Source: Candidatus Krumholzibacteriia bacterium (GTDB taxonomy: Bacteria; Krumholzibacteriota; Krumholzibacteriia; LZORAL124-64-63). Taken from it: DNA of 61,101 bases. Below are positions 9,779 to 17,268 of the stretch, in pieces (within the stretch, counting starts at the first letter, position 1; the number at the start of each line of letters is the position of its first letter). The stretch covers positions 1 through 61,101 of the forward strand of contig JAWOID010000027.1 of assembly GCA_046484865.1 (NCBI GenBank), given 5' to 3'. The position numbers and the translations under genes are program-made. Under the pieces are notes generated by a model that was not told the origin of the DNA, made no database searches, and saw only the letters and a list, made by a program, of their open reading frames with translations.

Positions 9779-10734
9779 TCGCCGGCATCTACCTGCACGC
9801 CCGTGAACTGACCGCCATCCGGGCCGGTACGCGGCGCGCGACGGCCACGAGCGGTCTGCTGCACGCATTGCTGCTGACCTGGCTCCTGGTCCAGCGGCAG
9901 CTTGCGCCGGTGCCCGAGCCGCTGGTCGAGATCGCCTGGCTCGAGGACCCCGTGCCGGCCGCCGCCCCTGCGCCCGCGGTGGAGAGCCTGCCGGTCCGGC
10001 GGATCGAGCCTGAGCAGGCCACCATGACGGCGCCCTCGCCGGCTGCTCGCGACGCCCGGTTCGAGCGGCCAGTCGACGTCGCCGCCACCGCCCCCGAGCC
10101 GCAGGACGGGCGCCGCGAGCGGGACGCCATGCGCGCTCGCCTCGAGCGGCTGCGCGAGTCCGCGGACGACCGTCCCGCGCTGGCTGCCGCGGCGGCTGCG
10201 CCGGCCAGCCACTGGCTGGCGGCAGCGCCCTCCTCCGCACCCGCACCCGTCGCCGGCAAGGCGCCGGCCGAGCTGGTGCGCTCCGGAGAGAAGCCGGCGC
10301 CGCAGAAACTCGCTCGGGGTGCCGAACCCGTGCGCCGGGCCCCCGCGCTGGCCGGCGCCAGGGCGCCGCGCCAGGACGCCGCTCCGCAGCCGGCGCGTAC
10401 GGACCCGGTCACGAACACCTTGCCGGTGCCGAGCGGCGTCCAGATCGAGGGCGACGTGGCGAACCGGCCCCTGGTCGCGCACGCGCTTCCCGAGTACCCC
10501 GCGTGGGCCACCGGCGACGCCGTGGAGGCCGACGTGACCCTGCGCTTCGTCGTCATGCCCGACGGCCAGCTCAAGGAGAGCATCCAGGTGGTGAGGACGG
10601 CGGGTTTCGTGGACTTCGACGATGCGGCCCGGGTCGCTCTGGCGCGCTGGCGGTTCGCCGCCCTGCCCGCCGGGCGCACGGGGGATCAGAGCGGCACGGT
10701 GACCTTCCGCTTCCGGCTGCGCGACCAGCGCTGA
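9775..10734 (+). CDS. tonB: TonB-family energy transducer
   Basis: Transmembrane anchor with S-x3-H ('SGLLHALLL'); Pro/Ala-rich linker; TonB_C domain 'PEYPAWA...VTLRFVVMPDG...FDDAARVALARWRF'; GTGA overlap with exbD. Confidence 0.88.
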   Translation: MIAGIYLHARELTAIRAGTRRATATSGLLHALLLTWLLVQRQLAPVPEPLVEIAWLEDPVPAAAPAPAVESLPVRRIEPEQATMTAPSPAARDARFERPVDVAATAPEPQDGRRERDAMRARLERLRESADDRPALAAAAAAPASHWLAAAPSSAPAPVAGKAPAELVRSGEKPAPQKLARGAEPVRRAPALAGARAPRQDAAPQPARTDPVTNTLPVPSGVQIEGDVANRPLVAHALPEYPAWATGDAVEADVTLRFVVMPDGQLKESIQVVRTAGFVDFDDAARVALARWRFAALPAGRTGDQSGTVTFRFRLRDQR

Positions 10735-10762
10735 CGGTGACCGGTCACGAAGGAGAGCCAAG

Positions 10763-11761
10763 ATGATGCAGAGAGACGATCCGAGGTCGACGTTCGCGAT
10801 GGCCGCTCTGGCGGTCACGCTCGTCGTCGCAATCGCGCCGTCGGCGGCGGTCGGAGCGGCCGACGCCGCTCGCACCGAACCGCGGGCCGGGGTGAACGCC
10901 GACAGCCTGGCGCTCCGCGCCGGCAGTCAGGAGACCGATTTCCGCAGCTTCACCGTGGAGGCGGAGAACCGCATCCAGTTCGAGTTCGAGCGGCCTGCGC
11001 TCACCGTCGATCTGGATCCGCGCACGGCGCCGGGACTCACCTGGGGCAGCCCGCGGGACGTCCTTGACCGAACCGTGCCCGACCTGGAGGCGCCCCTCTT
11101 GACCGCCTCGGTGGTGGGGCGCAGCCCGTACCTGCCCCGGCCATGGGACGACGGCCTGCGGAGCGGCCCGGTGGCGCGCTTCCGGCCGAGCGCCCGCGGT
11201 CTGGAGCGATGGGAACTGACGGTGGTCGACTCGCGGAGCAAGGTGGTGCGGGTATTCGCGGGGCGCGGCAATCCGCCCGAGGAGATCGTCTGGGACGGCC
11301 TCGACATTGACGGCGATCCGGTGTCTCCGGGACTCACGTTCTCCTATGTCTTCGAGGCCCTCGACCGGGCCGGCAACAAGAAGCGCTTCGTGGGCGAGGG
11401 CTTCACCGTGCCCTCGTTCCGGCTGGAACACGACGGCGCGCCGGTGATCGTGCTGGCCGGCAGCGATCTGGCGACCCCGGGGGCAGGCTCCGGGGCAGCG
11501 CCTGCCGGGCGGCGCGGCGCCGACGACACGCCTCCGCTGGTGCTCGAGACCGCCAGCTGGCTCAACCGGCGCACCGGTCCCGAGCGGCCCGTGCTGATCA
11601 CGGCCACCGCCCGCACGGCCCGTCAGGCCGAGGAGATCGGCGAGCGTTTCCGCACGCTGCTCCTGCGCTCGATCCCCGGGCCGCCCGCCCGGGTGGCGGT
11701 CCGGGTGCAGGTCGTGGAAGCGGCGCCCTCGGCCGGCAGCGTGGTGGTCACCTGCCCCTGA
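10763..11761 (+). CDS. Exported hypothetical protein with an internal FlgD-like domain
   Basis: AAGGAG RBS; signal peptide; 'WELTVVDSRSKVVRVFAGRGNPPEEIVWDGLDIDG' is paralogous to the C-terminal domain of the PorV-like protein. Confidence 0.75.
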   Translation: MMQRDDPRSTFAMAALAVTLVVAIAPSAAVGAADAARTEPRAGVNADSLALRAGSQETDFRSFTVEAENRIQFEFERPALTVDLDPRTAPGLTWGSPRDVLDRTVPDLEAPLLTASVVGRSPYLPRPWDDGLRSGPVARFRPSARGLERWELTVVDSRSKVVRVFAGRGNPPEEIVWDGLDIDGDPVSPGLTFSYVFEALDRAGNKKRFVGEGFTVPSFRLEHDGAPVIVLAGSDLATPGAGSGAAPAGRRGADDTPPLVLETASWLNRRTGPERPVLITATARTARQAEEIGERFRTLLLRSIPGPPARVAVRVQVVEAAPSAGSVVVTCP

Positions 11762-11780
11762 CGGCAGGCCGGCGAGCGGC

Positions 11781-11802
11781 CCCCGGCTCGCGCGAGCCGG
11801 GG
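11781..11802. terminator. 22-bp perfect palindrome after the operon (possible terminator or mRNA-stabilising hairpin)
   Basis: CCCCGGCTCGCGCGAGCCGGGG, 20 bp after the last stop; no U-tract. Confidence 0.45.
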
Positions 11803-11843
11803 CGTGGCGGACGGTCGCTCCCGGCACGAACGTCCCCGGGGTG

Positions 11844-11859
11844 CGGCCCGCCTCTTGCA
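11844..11859 (+). promoter_or_regulatory. Possible sigma-54 promoter for the beta-barrel gene
   Basis: CGGCCCG-CCTC-TTGCA: GG-N10-GC with TTGCA, about 77 bp upstream of ATG 11936. Confidence 0.4.
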
Positions 11860-11935
11860 TCCGGCAGGCACTGCGTGGATGATGCGGACGTATGGATTCG
11901 CGTCGTCCCTTCCACTTCCTTCACGGGGGCAGGAC

Positions 11936-12574
11936 ATGAGGCATCTCGCATTCTGCAGCGTCGTTGTGGTGGTCATGCTGGTGGCTGCGCAGGCGACGGC
12001 CGGGCCGCTGGGCAAGGGCATCAAGGCCGGCATCACCTACACGCAGGTGACCAACGACATCCTGGGCGACTCGGACCATACCATGGGCTTCGCCGCCGGT
12101 TTCACGCTGAACTACCAGCTGGCCCCCGGCATCGCGGTGCAGCCCGAGGTGCTCTACGTGCAGCAGGGCGGCAAGTATGACGTCCTGATCGCCGACCAGG
12201 GGGTGCCGATCGGCCGGGCCGAACTCACCTGGGACCTCGACTACGTGCAGGTGCCGGTGCTGGCGCGCGTGAGTCTGCCGGTGATCGGCTCGTTCCTGCC
12301 GAGCATCGTCGTCGGACCGGCGCTGGCGTTCAAGGTCTCGTCGGAGTTCTCGAGGGAGTCGGGCGACGTGGAGCTCGAGACCGGCGAGCTCGAGGACATC
12401 GGCAGTACCGACCTGAGCCTGATCGCCGGGGTCGCGTTCAAGATCGGCGCCGGCCCCGCCGGCGTGACGGTGGACGCTCGCTACAACTTGGGTCTGTCGA
12501 ACGTCTACGATGGCGACGGGACCGCCGAGATCAAGAACCGCGGCTTCCAGGTGCTGGCGGGCATCGCATTCTAG
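11936..12574 (+). CDS. Small outer-membrane beta-barrel (PorT / OMP_b-brl_2 porin family)
   Basis: Signal peptide; 'GIKAG', 'QPEVLYVQQG', 'LDYVQVPVL', 'DARYNLGLSN'; terminal Phe. Confidence 0.85.
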   Translation: MRHLAFCSVVVVVMLVAAQATAGPLGKGIKAGITYTQVTNDILGDSDHTMGFAAGFTLNYQLAPGIAVQPEVLYVQQGGKYDVLIADQGVPIGRAELTWDLDYVQVPVLARVSLPVIGSFLPSIVVGPALAFKVSSEFSRESGDVELETGELEDIGSTDLSLIAGVAFKIGAGPAGVTVDARYNLGLSNVYDGDGTAEIKNRGFQVLAGIAF

Positions 12575-12595
12575 TCTGAGAACCGCTGGACCGGC

Positions 12596-13750
12596 CTAGA
12601 TGGGATCACCGGTGCTTGCGCGGCCTGGCCGGCCATCGAGGTAGGCGCCGAACCGCTCCAGCGCCGCGGGCAGCGAAGTGCGGCCGAAGCCGAACCGAAC
12701 GTGCTGGTCGCCGCGGCCGAAGAGGGTCGAGGGCGCCAGCATGATGCCGGCCTCGCCCACCATCCGCTCGCAGAAAGCGTGGGCCCCGCCGGCCACCGTG
12801 AGTCGCGGAAAACAGACCGAGCCGCCGACCGGACGGCGCCAGGCGAGAAGACCGGGGCGCGCGGCGATGAACCGTTCCAGCAGCGCCAGGTTCGCGAGCA
12901 CGCGGCTGTGCTGGCGGGTGAGGATCTCGTCGCGGGCGCTCAAAGCCGCCAGGGCGAGCACCTCCGCCGGCGCCGCGCTGCAGATGGTGGTGTAGTCGCG
13001 CAGGAGAGCGACGCGCTCCAGCACCGCGTGGTCGCGCGTGGCCAACCAGCCGATCCTCAGTCCCGGCAGGCCATAGCTCTTGCTCAGACCGCCGAGGGAC
13101 ACGGCCGATGCGTCGACCTCGCAAGCCGCCGGCAGCATCGTGCCCGGCACGAGTTCGAGGTCGCGGTAGATCTCGTCGCAGAACAGCCTCGCGCCATGCT
13201 CGCCGCACAGCGCCGCCATCCGGGCGAACTCGTCGTGCGAAGGCACCGCTCCGGTGGGATTGTGGGGGAAGTTCGCGATCACCAGCCGCGTGCCCGGACG
13301 CAGCAGATCCGCCAGCCGGTCCGGGTCGAACCGCCACCGTCCGTCCGGCCCGTCCGCCTCCTCGGGCTCCCAGAACGTGACCTCGCACCCCACCGCCTGC
13401 GCCACCGCATGCAGCGACTGGTAGGCCGGTCGCGTGACCACGACGTGGTCGCCGGGCGTGAGGAGCGCCTGCACCAGCAGGAAGATGCCTTCCTGGGGCG
13501 CCAGGACGAGCACGTCGGCGGCGGCGAGTCCGCGGTACGTGCCGGCCACCGCCTCGCGCAGCAGCGGATGGCCGGCCGTCTCCGTGTACCCCAGCGACTG
13601 CGTCTCCCACAGCCGTCGCGATTCGGCGTCGGCCACGGCCAGCAGTTCCGCCAGCGTCAGCGGCTCGGCGTCCGAGCACGACAGCAACCAGCGCGCGGTG
13701 AACTCGTGGCGCGCGAAGAAGCGCTCCAGCGCGAACGGCTCGATCCGCAT
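12596..13750 (-). CDS. PLP-dependent aminotransferase class I/II
   Basis: 'NFPHNPTG', 'DEIYR', 'SKSYGLPGLRIGW' (PLP lysine). Confidence 0.92.
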   Translation of the reverse strand: MRIEPFALERFFARHEFTARWLLSCSDAEPLTLAELLAVADAESRRLWETQSLGYTETAGHPLLREAVAGTYRGLAAADVLVLAPQEGIFLLVQALLTPGDHVVVTRPAYQSLHAVAQAVGCEVTFWEPEEADGPDGRWRFDPDRLADLLRPGTRLVIANFPHNPTGAVPSHDEFARMAALCGEHGARLFCDEIYRDLELVPGTMLPAACEVDASAVSLGGLSKSYGLPGLRIGWLATRDHAVLERVALLRDYTTICSAAPAEVLALAALSARDEILTRQHSRVLANLALLERFIAARPGLLAWRRPVGGSVCFPRLTVAGGAHAFCERMVGEAGIMLAPSTLFGRGDQHVRFGFGRTSLPAALERFGAYLDGRPGRASTGDPI

Positions 13751-15480
13751 CAGTACGGCAACTCGGTCTGCAGCGAATCGGTCTGCGTCTCGGGCAACCG
13801 GAACTGGTCAGGGCGCACCTTCAGCACGTCCCGCAACCAGGTCTCGGGATAGCCCACCTCCTGCGGGCGGCCGCGATCGTCCTTCACGTAGCCGTCGTTG
13901 TACTTCGTGATCAGGTGCTTGCCCAGCGCGCGCCAGCGGTCGACGGTCAGCTCGGCCTGCTGCACCGAGTAGTCGGTGAGATAGCGGCGCAGCAGCTCGG
14001 GGTCCGTCTTCGCCAGTGCGACTGCGGTCTGCTCCACCGCCGGCTGCAGGGCGAGGAAGTGTCCCTCCAGCTCGTGCTGCACGGTCTGGATGTCCTGGAT
14101 CATGTCGCGGTAGCGCAGGTTGGCGTAGTTGCCGACCAGGTTGAAGACCCACCAGGCGCTCTCGTCGCTGTAGCCCTGCAGCGAACCGGTGGCGAACGAC
14201 TGCGGCAGCGCATCGATGCCGCAGTACAGGGGGACGTAGCAGGTGACCGCCGTGTCGTCCACGCCGTACCACTGCAGTCCGCCCACCGCGTCGGGCAGCC
14301 AGCGCCGGCTCTGGCTCACCATCGAGAAGCCGGTCTTCTTGGTCGAGATGGGGCGCTCCCAGGTGAACTTCTCGCCGTCCACCTCCCAGCCCATCGGCTG
14401 CACCCGTACGGGACAGCCGAACGGACCGGCGTCCACCCCCTCGGTCATGTCGTAGGGCGTGCCCTCGTAGTGGTCGCGCATGAGGGCGAAGACGTCGTTC
14501 ACCGACAGCCGGGCATCGGGTTCCGTCCACAGCGGGTACGGCTCGGCGCCGGCCACGCCGCGGTGGTAGTCCTCCGGCCAGTCCTGCGAGGGGGCGGCGC
14601 GGCGGAACAGGCTCCAGACACGGGTGGCCGTGTAGCGCAGGGTCTGGGGCGTGGCCGGGCAGTACGCCTCGCGAAAACTGAACGGCCGGCCGCCTCGCGG
14701 ATCGAAAAAGCCCTGGTCGACGGCGAAGTCGACGACATCGGGTGAGTAGAGGCAGTTCTCGGGGTCTTCCAGCGGAAAGGTGTGGATGCGGGCCAGGTTG
14801 GCGTGGGCGCAGATCATCCCGTCGGGGATGCGCCGCGCCACCCACACCGCGCCCTTGCGCTCGGGGTGATCCCCGCTGGGGCCGCGGCCGATCATCTCCA
14901 TGATCCACGCCTCGTCGGGATCGGCGATGGAGAAGGTCTCGCCGGTGGAGGCGTAACCGTGCTCCGCCACGAGGGCGGCCATCACCTCGATGGCCTCGCG
15001 CGCGGTGCCGGCACGCTCCAGCGCGAGCCGCATCAACCACCAGTAGTGCACGAGCCCGTCGGGATCCTGCAGCTCGAGACGGCCGTCGAAGGTGGTCTCG
15101 CCGATCGTGACCTGGTATTCGTTCATCAGGTTCACCACCGCGAACGTGTGCGGCACCTGCGGGATGGTGCCCTGCAGCTCGCCGCTCCAGCTCCGGATCT
15201 CCACCACGTCGTCGGGGCCGTGATCCGCGGCCGACGAGCGCCGCAGGATCGGGTGGAACTCGCCGTCGCAGGTGTAGGTGACGATCGTCGAGCCGTCGGC
15301 GCTGGCGCCGGGCGTGACGATGAGATTGGTGCAGGCGCCCCCGGCAGACGCGCAGAAGAGGGCGAGCAGAACGACGACGGCGGCGGCCGCCGCGGCAGGG
15401 GCGACGGCAGCGGTTGCCTTCGGGCGGCGGCCGACCCGGTCCTTCCGGTGAGGGCGGGAGAGCAGGCGGAACGTCGGCAT
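13750..15480 (-). CDS. C69 family dipeptidase (Ntn hydrolase)
   Basis: Signal peptide then nucleophile 'CTNLIVT.GASADGS'; 'MNEYQVTIGETTF'; 'WERPIS'; 1-bp overlap with the next gene. Confidence 0.9.
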   Translation of the reverse strand: MPTFRLLSRPHRKDRVGRRPKATAAVAPAAAAAAVVVLLALFCASAGGACTNLIVTPGASADGSTIVTYTCDGEFHPILRRSSAADHGPDDVVEIRSWSGELQGTIPQVPHTFAVVNLMNEYQVTIGETTFDGRLELQDPDGLVHYWWLMRLALERAGTAREAIEVMAALVAEHGYASTGETFSIADPDEAWIMEMIGRGPSGDHPERKGAVWVARRIPDGMICAHANLARIHTFPLEDPENCLYSPDVVDFAVDQGFFDPRGGRPFSFREAYCPATPQTLRYTATRVWSLFRRAAPSQDWPEDYHRGVAGAEPYPLWTEPDARLSVNDVFALMRDHYEGTPYDMTEGVDAGPFGCPVRVQPMGWEVDGEKFTWERPISTKKTGFSMVSQSRRWLPDAVGGLQWYGVDDTAVTCYVPLYCGIDALPQSFATGSLQGYSDESAWWVFNLVGNYANLRYRDMIQDIQTVQHELEGHFLALQPAVEQTAVALAKTDPELLRRYLTDYSVQQAELTVDRWRALGKHLITKYNDGYVKDDRGRPQEVGYPETWLRDVLKVRPDQFRLPETQTDSLQTELPY

Positions 15481-15542
15481 GAGGCGGCTTCCCTTCGCTG
15501 GATGGGTGGGCAACCGGCGGTGCGCGTGACCGGTGCCGGGCA

Positions 15543-15582
15543 GGCCGAAAGGCCGAAAGGCCGAAAAGCCGAGAGGCCGAAG
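15543..15582. repeat. 8-bp tandem repeat (GGCCGAAA x3 plus 2 degenerate copies)
   Basis: ggccgaaa ggccgaaa ggccgaaa agccgaga ggccgaag, directly after the stop of 15583-16113. Confidence 0.8.
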
Positions 15583-16113
15583 CTAAGGACCGTTCGCCGG
15601 CATGACGACCTCGGACCGACTCTGGTCGTCGTGCAGCTTCGAGAGCGCCATCTCCACGCTCGGGTACTCGGCCGTGGCCACGAGCGACTCGTAGGCCCTC
15701 TGCCAGGCCTGCTCGTCGGCCGGGCTCGTGAACCGGCAAGCGCGCCGGGCCAGCTCGACGATCGCCTGCGACTCGGACTGCCGCATCACGGCCAGATCGA
15801 GCACGGCAGCGAGACGCGGGCACTCTGCCGGCGCATTCGCGGCGATCCTGGCGATCGCCATGTACACCGAGGTGTTCGAGCCCAGGGTGGCGACGTAGTG
15901 CGCCGCCCGCTCGATGACCGCGTGGTTGTAAGGCGCGCGGAACGCCAGACCGCCGCACTCGACCACCCGGATGTGATGGTTGTCCCCGCCCCTCAGCTCA
16001 TCGAATATCGATGCGATGGCGGCGCGCCGTTGCGCCAACTGAGGAGCCATGGCGACGGCCAGGATGATCGCCGCCGCCAGGACCGTCGCCCAGGTCCATG
16101 GATTTCGCCACAT
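15583..16113 (-). CDS. Hypothetical membrane-anchored or exported protein
   Basis: GGAG RBS; N-terminal hydrophobic segment (MWRNPWTWATVLAAAIILAVAM); protein-like composition; no family recognised. Confidence 0.6.
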   Translation of the reverse strand: MWRNPWTWATVLAAAIILAVAMAPQLAQRRAAIASIFDELRGGDNHHIRVVECGGLAFRAPYNHAVIERAAHYVATLGSNTSVYMAIARIAANAPAECPRLAAVLDLAVMRQSESQAIVELARRACRFTSPADEQAWQRAYESLVATAEYPSVEMALSKLHDDQSRSEVVMPANGP

Positions 16114-16209
16114 GGCAACTCCGGAACGATGGGGTCGAAGGTCACCGTTCGTGATCGTAGCCGCAGGTGAGACCCGCCGGCATGATAGCACACGGACCGG
16201 ACCGATCGT

Positions 16210-17268
16210 TCATCGTCGTTCCCGACCGGGCCCACCACCCGCACTCCGGGCAGCATCCCCGGCCCTCAGGTACCGGGCGAGGCTGCGGGCATACTCGTCC
16301 TCCAGCACGCTCGCACCCTCGACCCTGGTCCAGCCACCGCCGTCGCGCCGGTAGTGGTGCGGCGCGAGATCCAGCGTGTAGGTGCCGAAGTGCACGCCCT
16401 GGAACTCGACCAGGCGGCAGCCGGCGGGACCGTCGATGATGTCCGCCGAGAGCATGGGCACGTCGAGCCTCGCGCAGACTTCGCTGGCCAGATCGAGCAC
16501 CCGCGCCGGTGGTTCGTCGAACGAGAAGCGACCGCTGCCGCTGGCCCGGAAGTCGCCCGGGCGGGAGAGCCGGCGCAGGGCGAACAGGCGGTCCGCGAAC
16601 ACCAGGATCTTCCAGTCGCCGGGCACGTCGGGGACGAATTCCTGCAGCACCCAGCCCCCCGTGTGCACACACTCCTCGTACATCTCGGGATGATACCGGC
16701 GCTTCAGGACGTGGCGCTTGATCAGTCGCTTCAGCCGGTAGACCGCCAGCCCTCGCGGCCGGTTGAACCGCCGCACGGTCCGGCTCAGATCGTCCCGATC
16801 CCTGGCGAGACGCACGCCGCGGCTCTGGTACCCGCCGGCCGACTTGAAGACGGCCGGGAACGACATGTCCTCGACGTACCGCCGCGTCCCCCGGTCGGTC
16901 GCGAGATAACGCCAGTCCAGCGAGGGGATGCCGAGCCTGCGTTTCCACAGCTCCTGGAAGCCCTTGTCCTCGTGGCAGCGGAAGATCGGGTAGTGCGGCA
17001 CCAGACGGTTGTCGAGCGACAGCGCGTACAGCACGTCGTCCACGAAGCCCCGGTAGCCGGGATCCTGGGTACTGGTGTAGTGGATGGTCGCCCCGCTCAG
17101 GATCACCGGCTCGTTGACCACCTGCTCGTAGCGCAGCTCGCGGACGGTGATCCCCGCCGAGCGCAGACCGGCCGCGACCCGCCCTGTGTCGAGCGACTCC
17201 CAGGTCTGCTGCTTCTGGCGCAGGGCGCCGCGGTAGTCCGTGAGGAGGATCAGCTCCATCCGGGTCAT
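16210..17268 (-). CDS. RimK-like ATP-grasp protein
   Basis: 3' part of the 836-aa ORF; ATGA overlap with the flippase stop; 'FPAVFKSAGGYQSRGVRL', 'VLQEFVP', 'DFRASGSG', 'LVEFQ'. Confidence 0.8.
   Translation of the reverse strand: MTRMELILLTDYRGALRQKQQTWESLDTGRVAAGLRSAGITVRELRYEQVVNEPVILSGATIHYTSTQDPGYRGFVDDVLYALSLDNRLVPHYPIFRCHEDKGFQELWKRRLGIPSLDWRYLATDRGTRRYVEDMSFPAVFKSAGGYQSRGVRLARDRDDLSRTVRRFNRPRGLAVYRLKRLIKRHVLKRRYHPEMYEECVHTGGWVLQEFVPDVPGDWKILVFADRLFALRRLSRPGDFRASGSGRFSFDEPPARVLDLASEVCARLDVPMLSADIIDGPAGCRLVEFQGVHFGTYTLDLAPHHYRRDGGGWTRVEGASVLEDEYARSLARYLRAGDAARSAGGGPGRERR

Noticed and set aside
8209..10734. Tol-Pal operon or ordinary iron-uptake TonB system
   Set aside because: No tolB, pal or TonB-dependent receptor in the window. 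Not excluded genome-wide, but local context does not support it.
15543..15566. GGCCGAAAGGCCGAAA looks like hammerhead ribozyme stem II plus GAAA
   Set aside because: The required upstream CUGANGA core is absent; it is better explained as an 8-bp tandem repeat.
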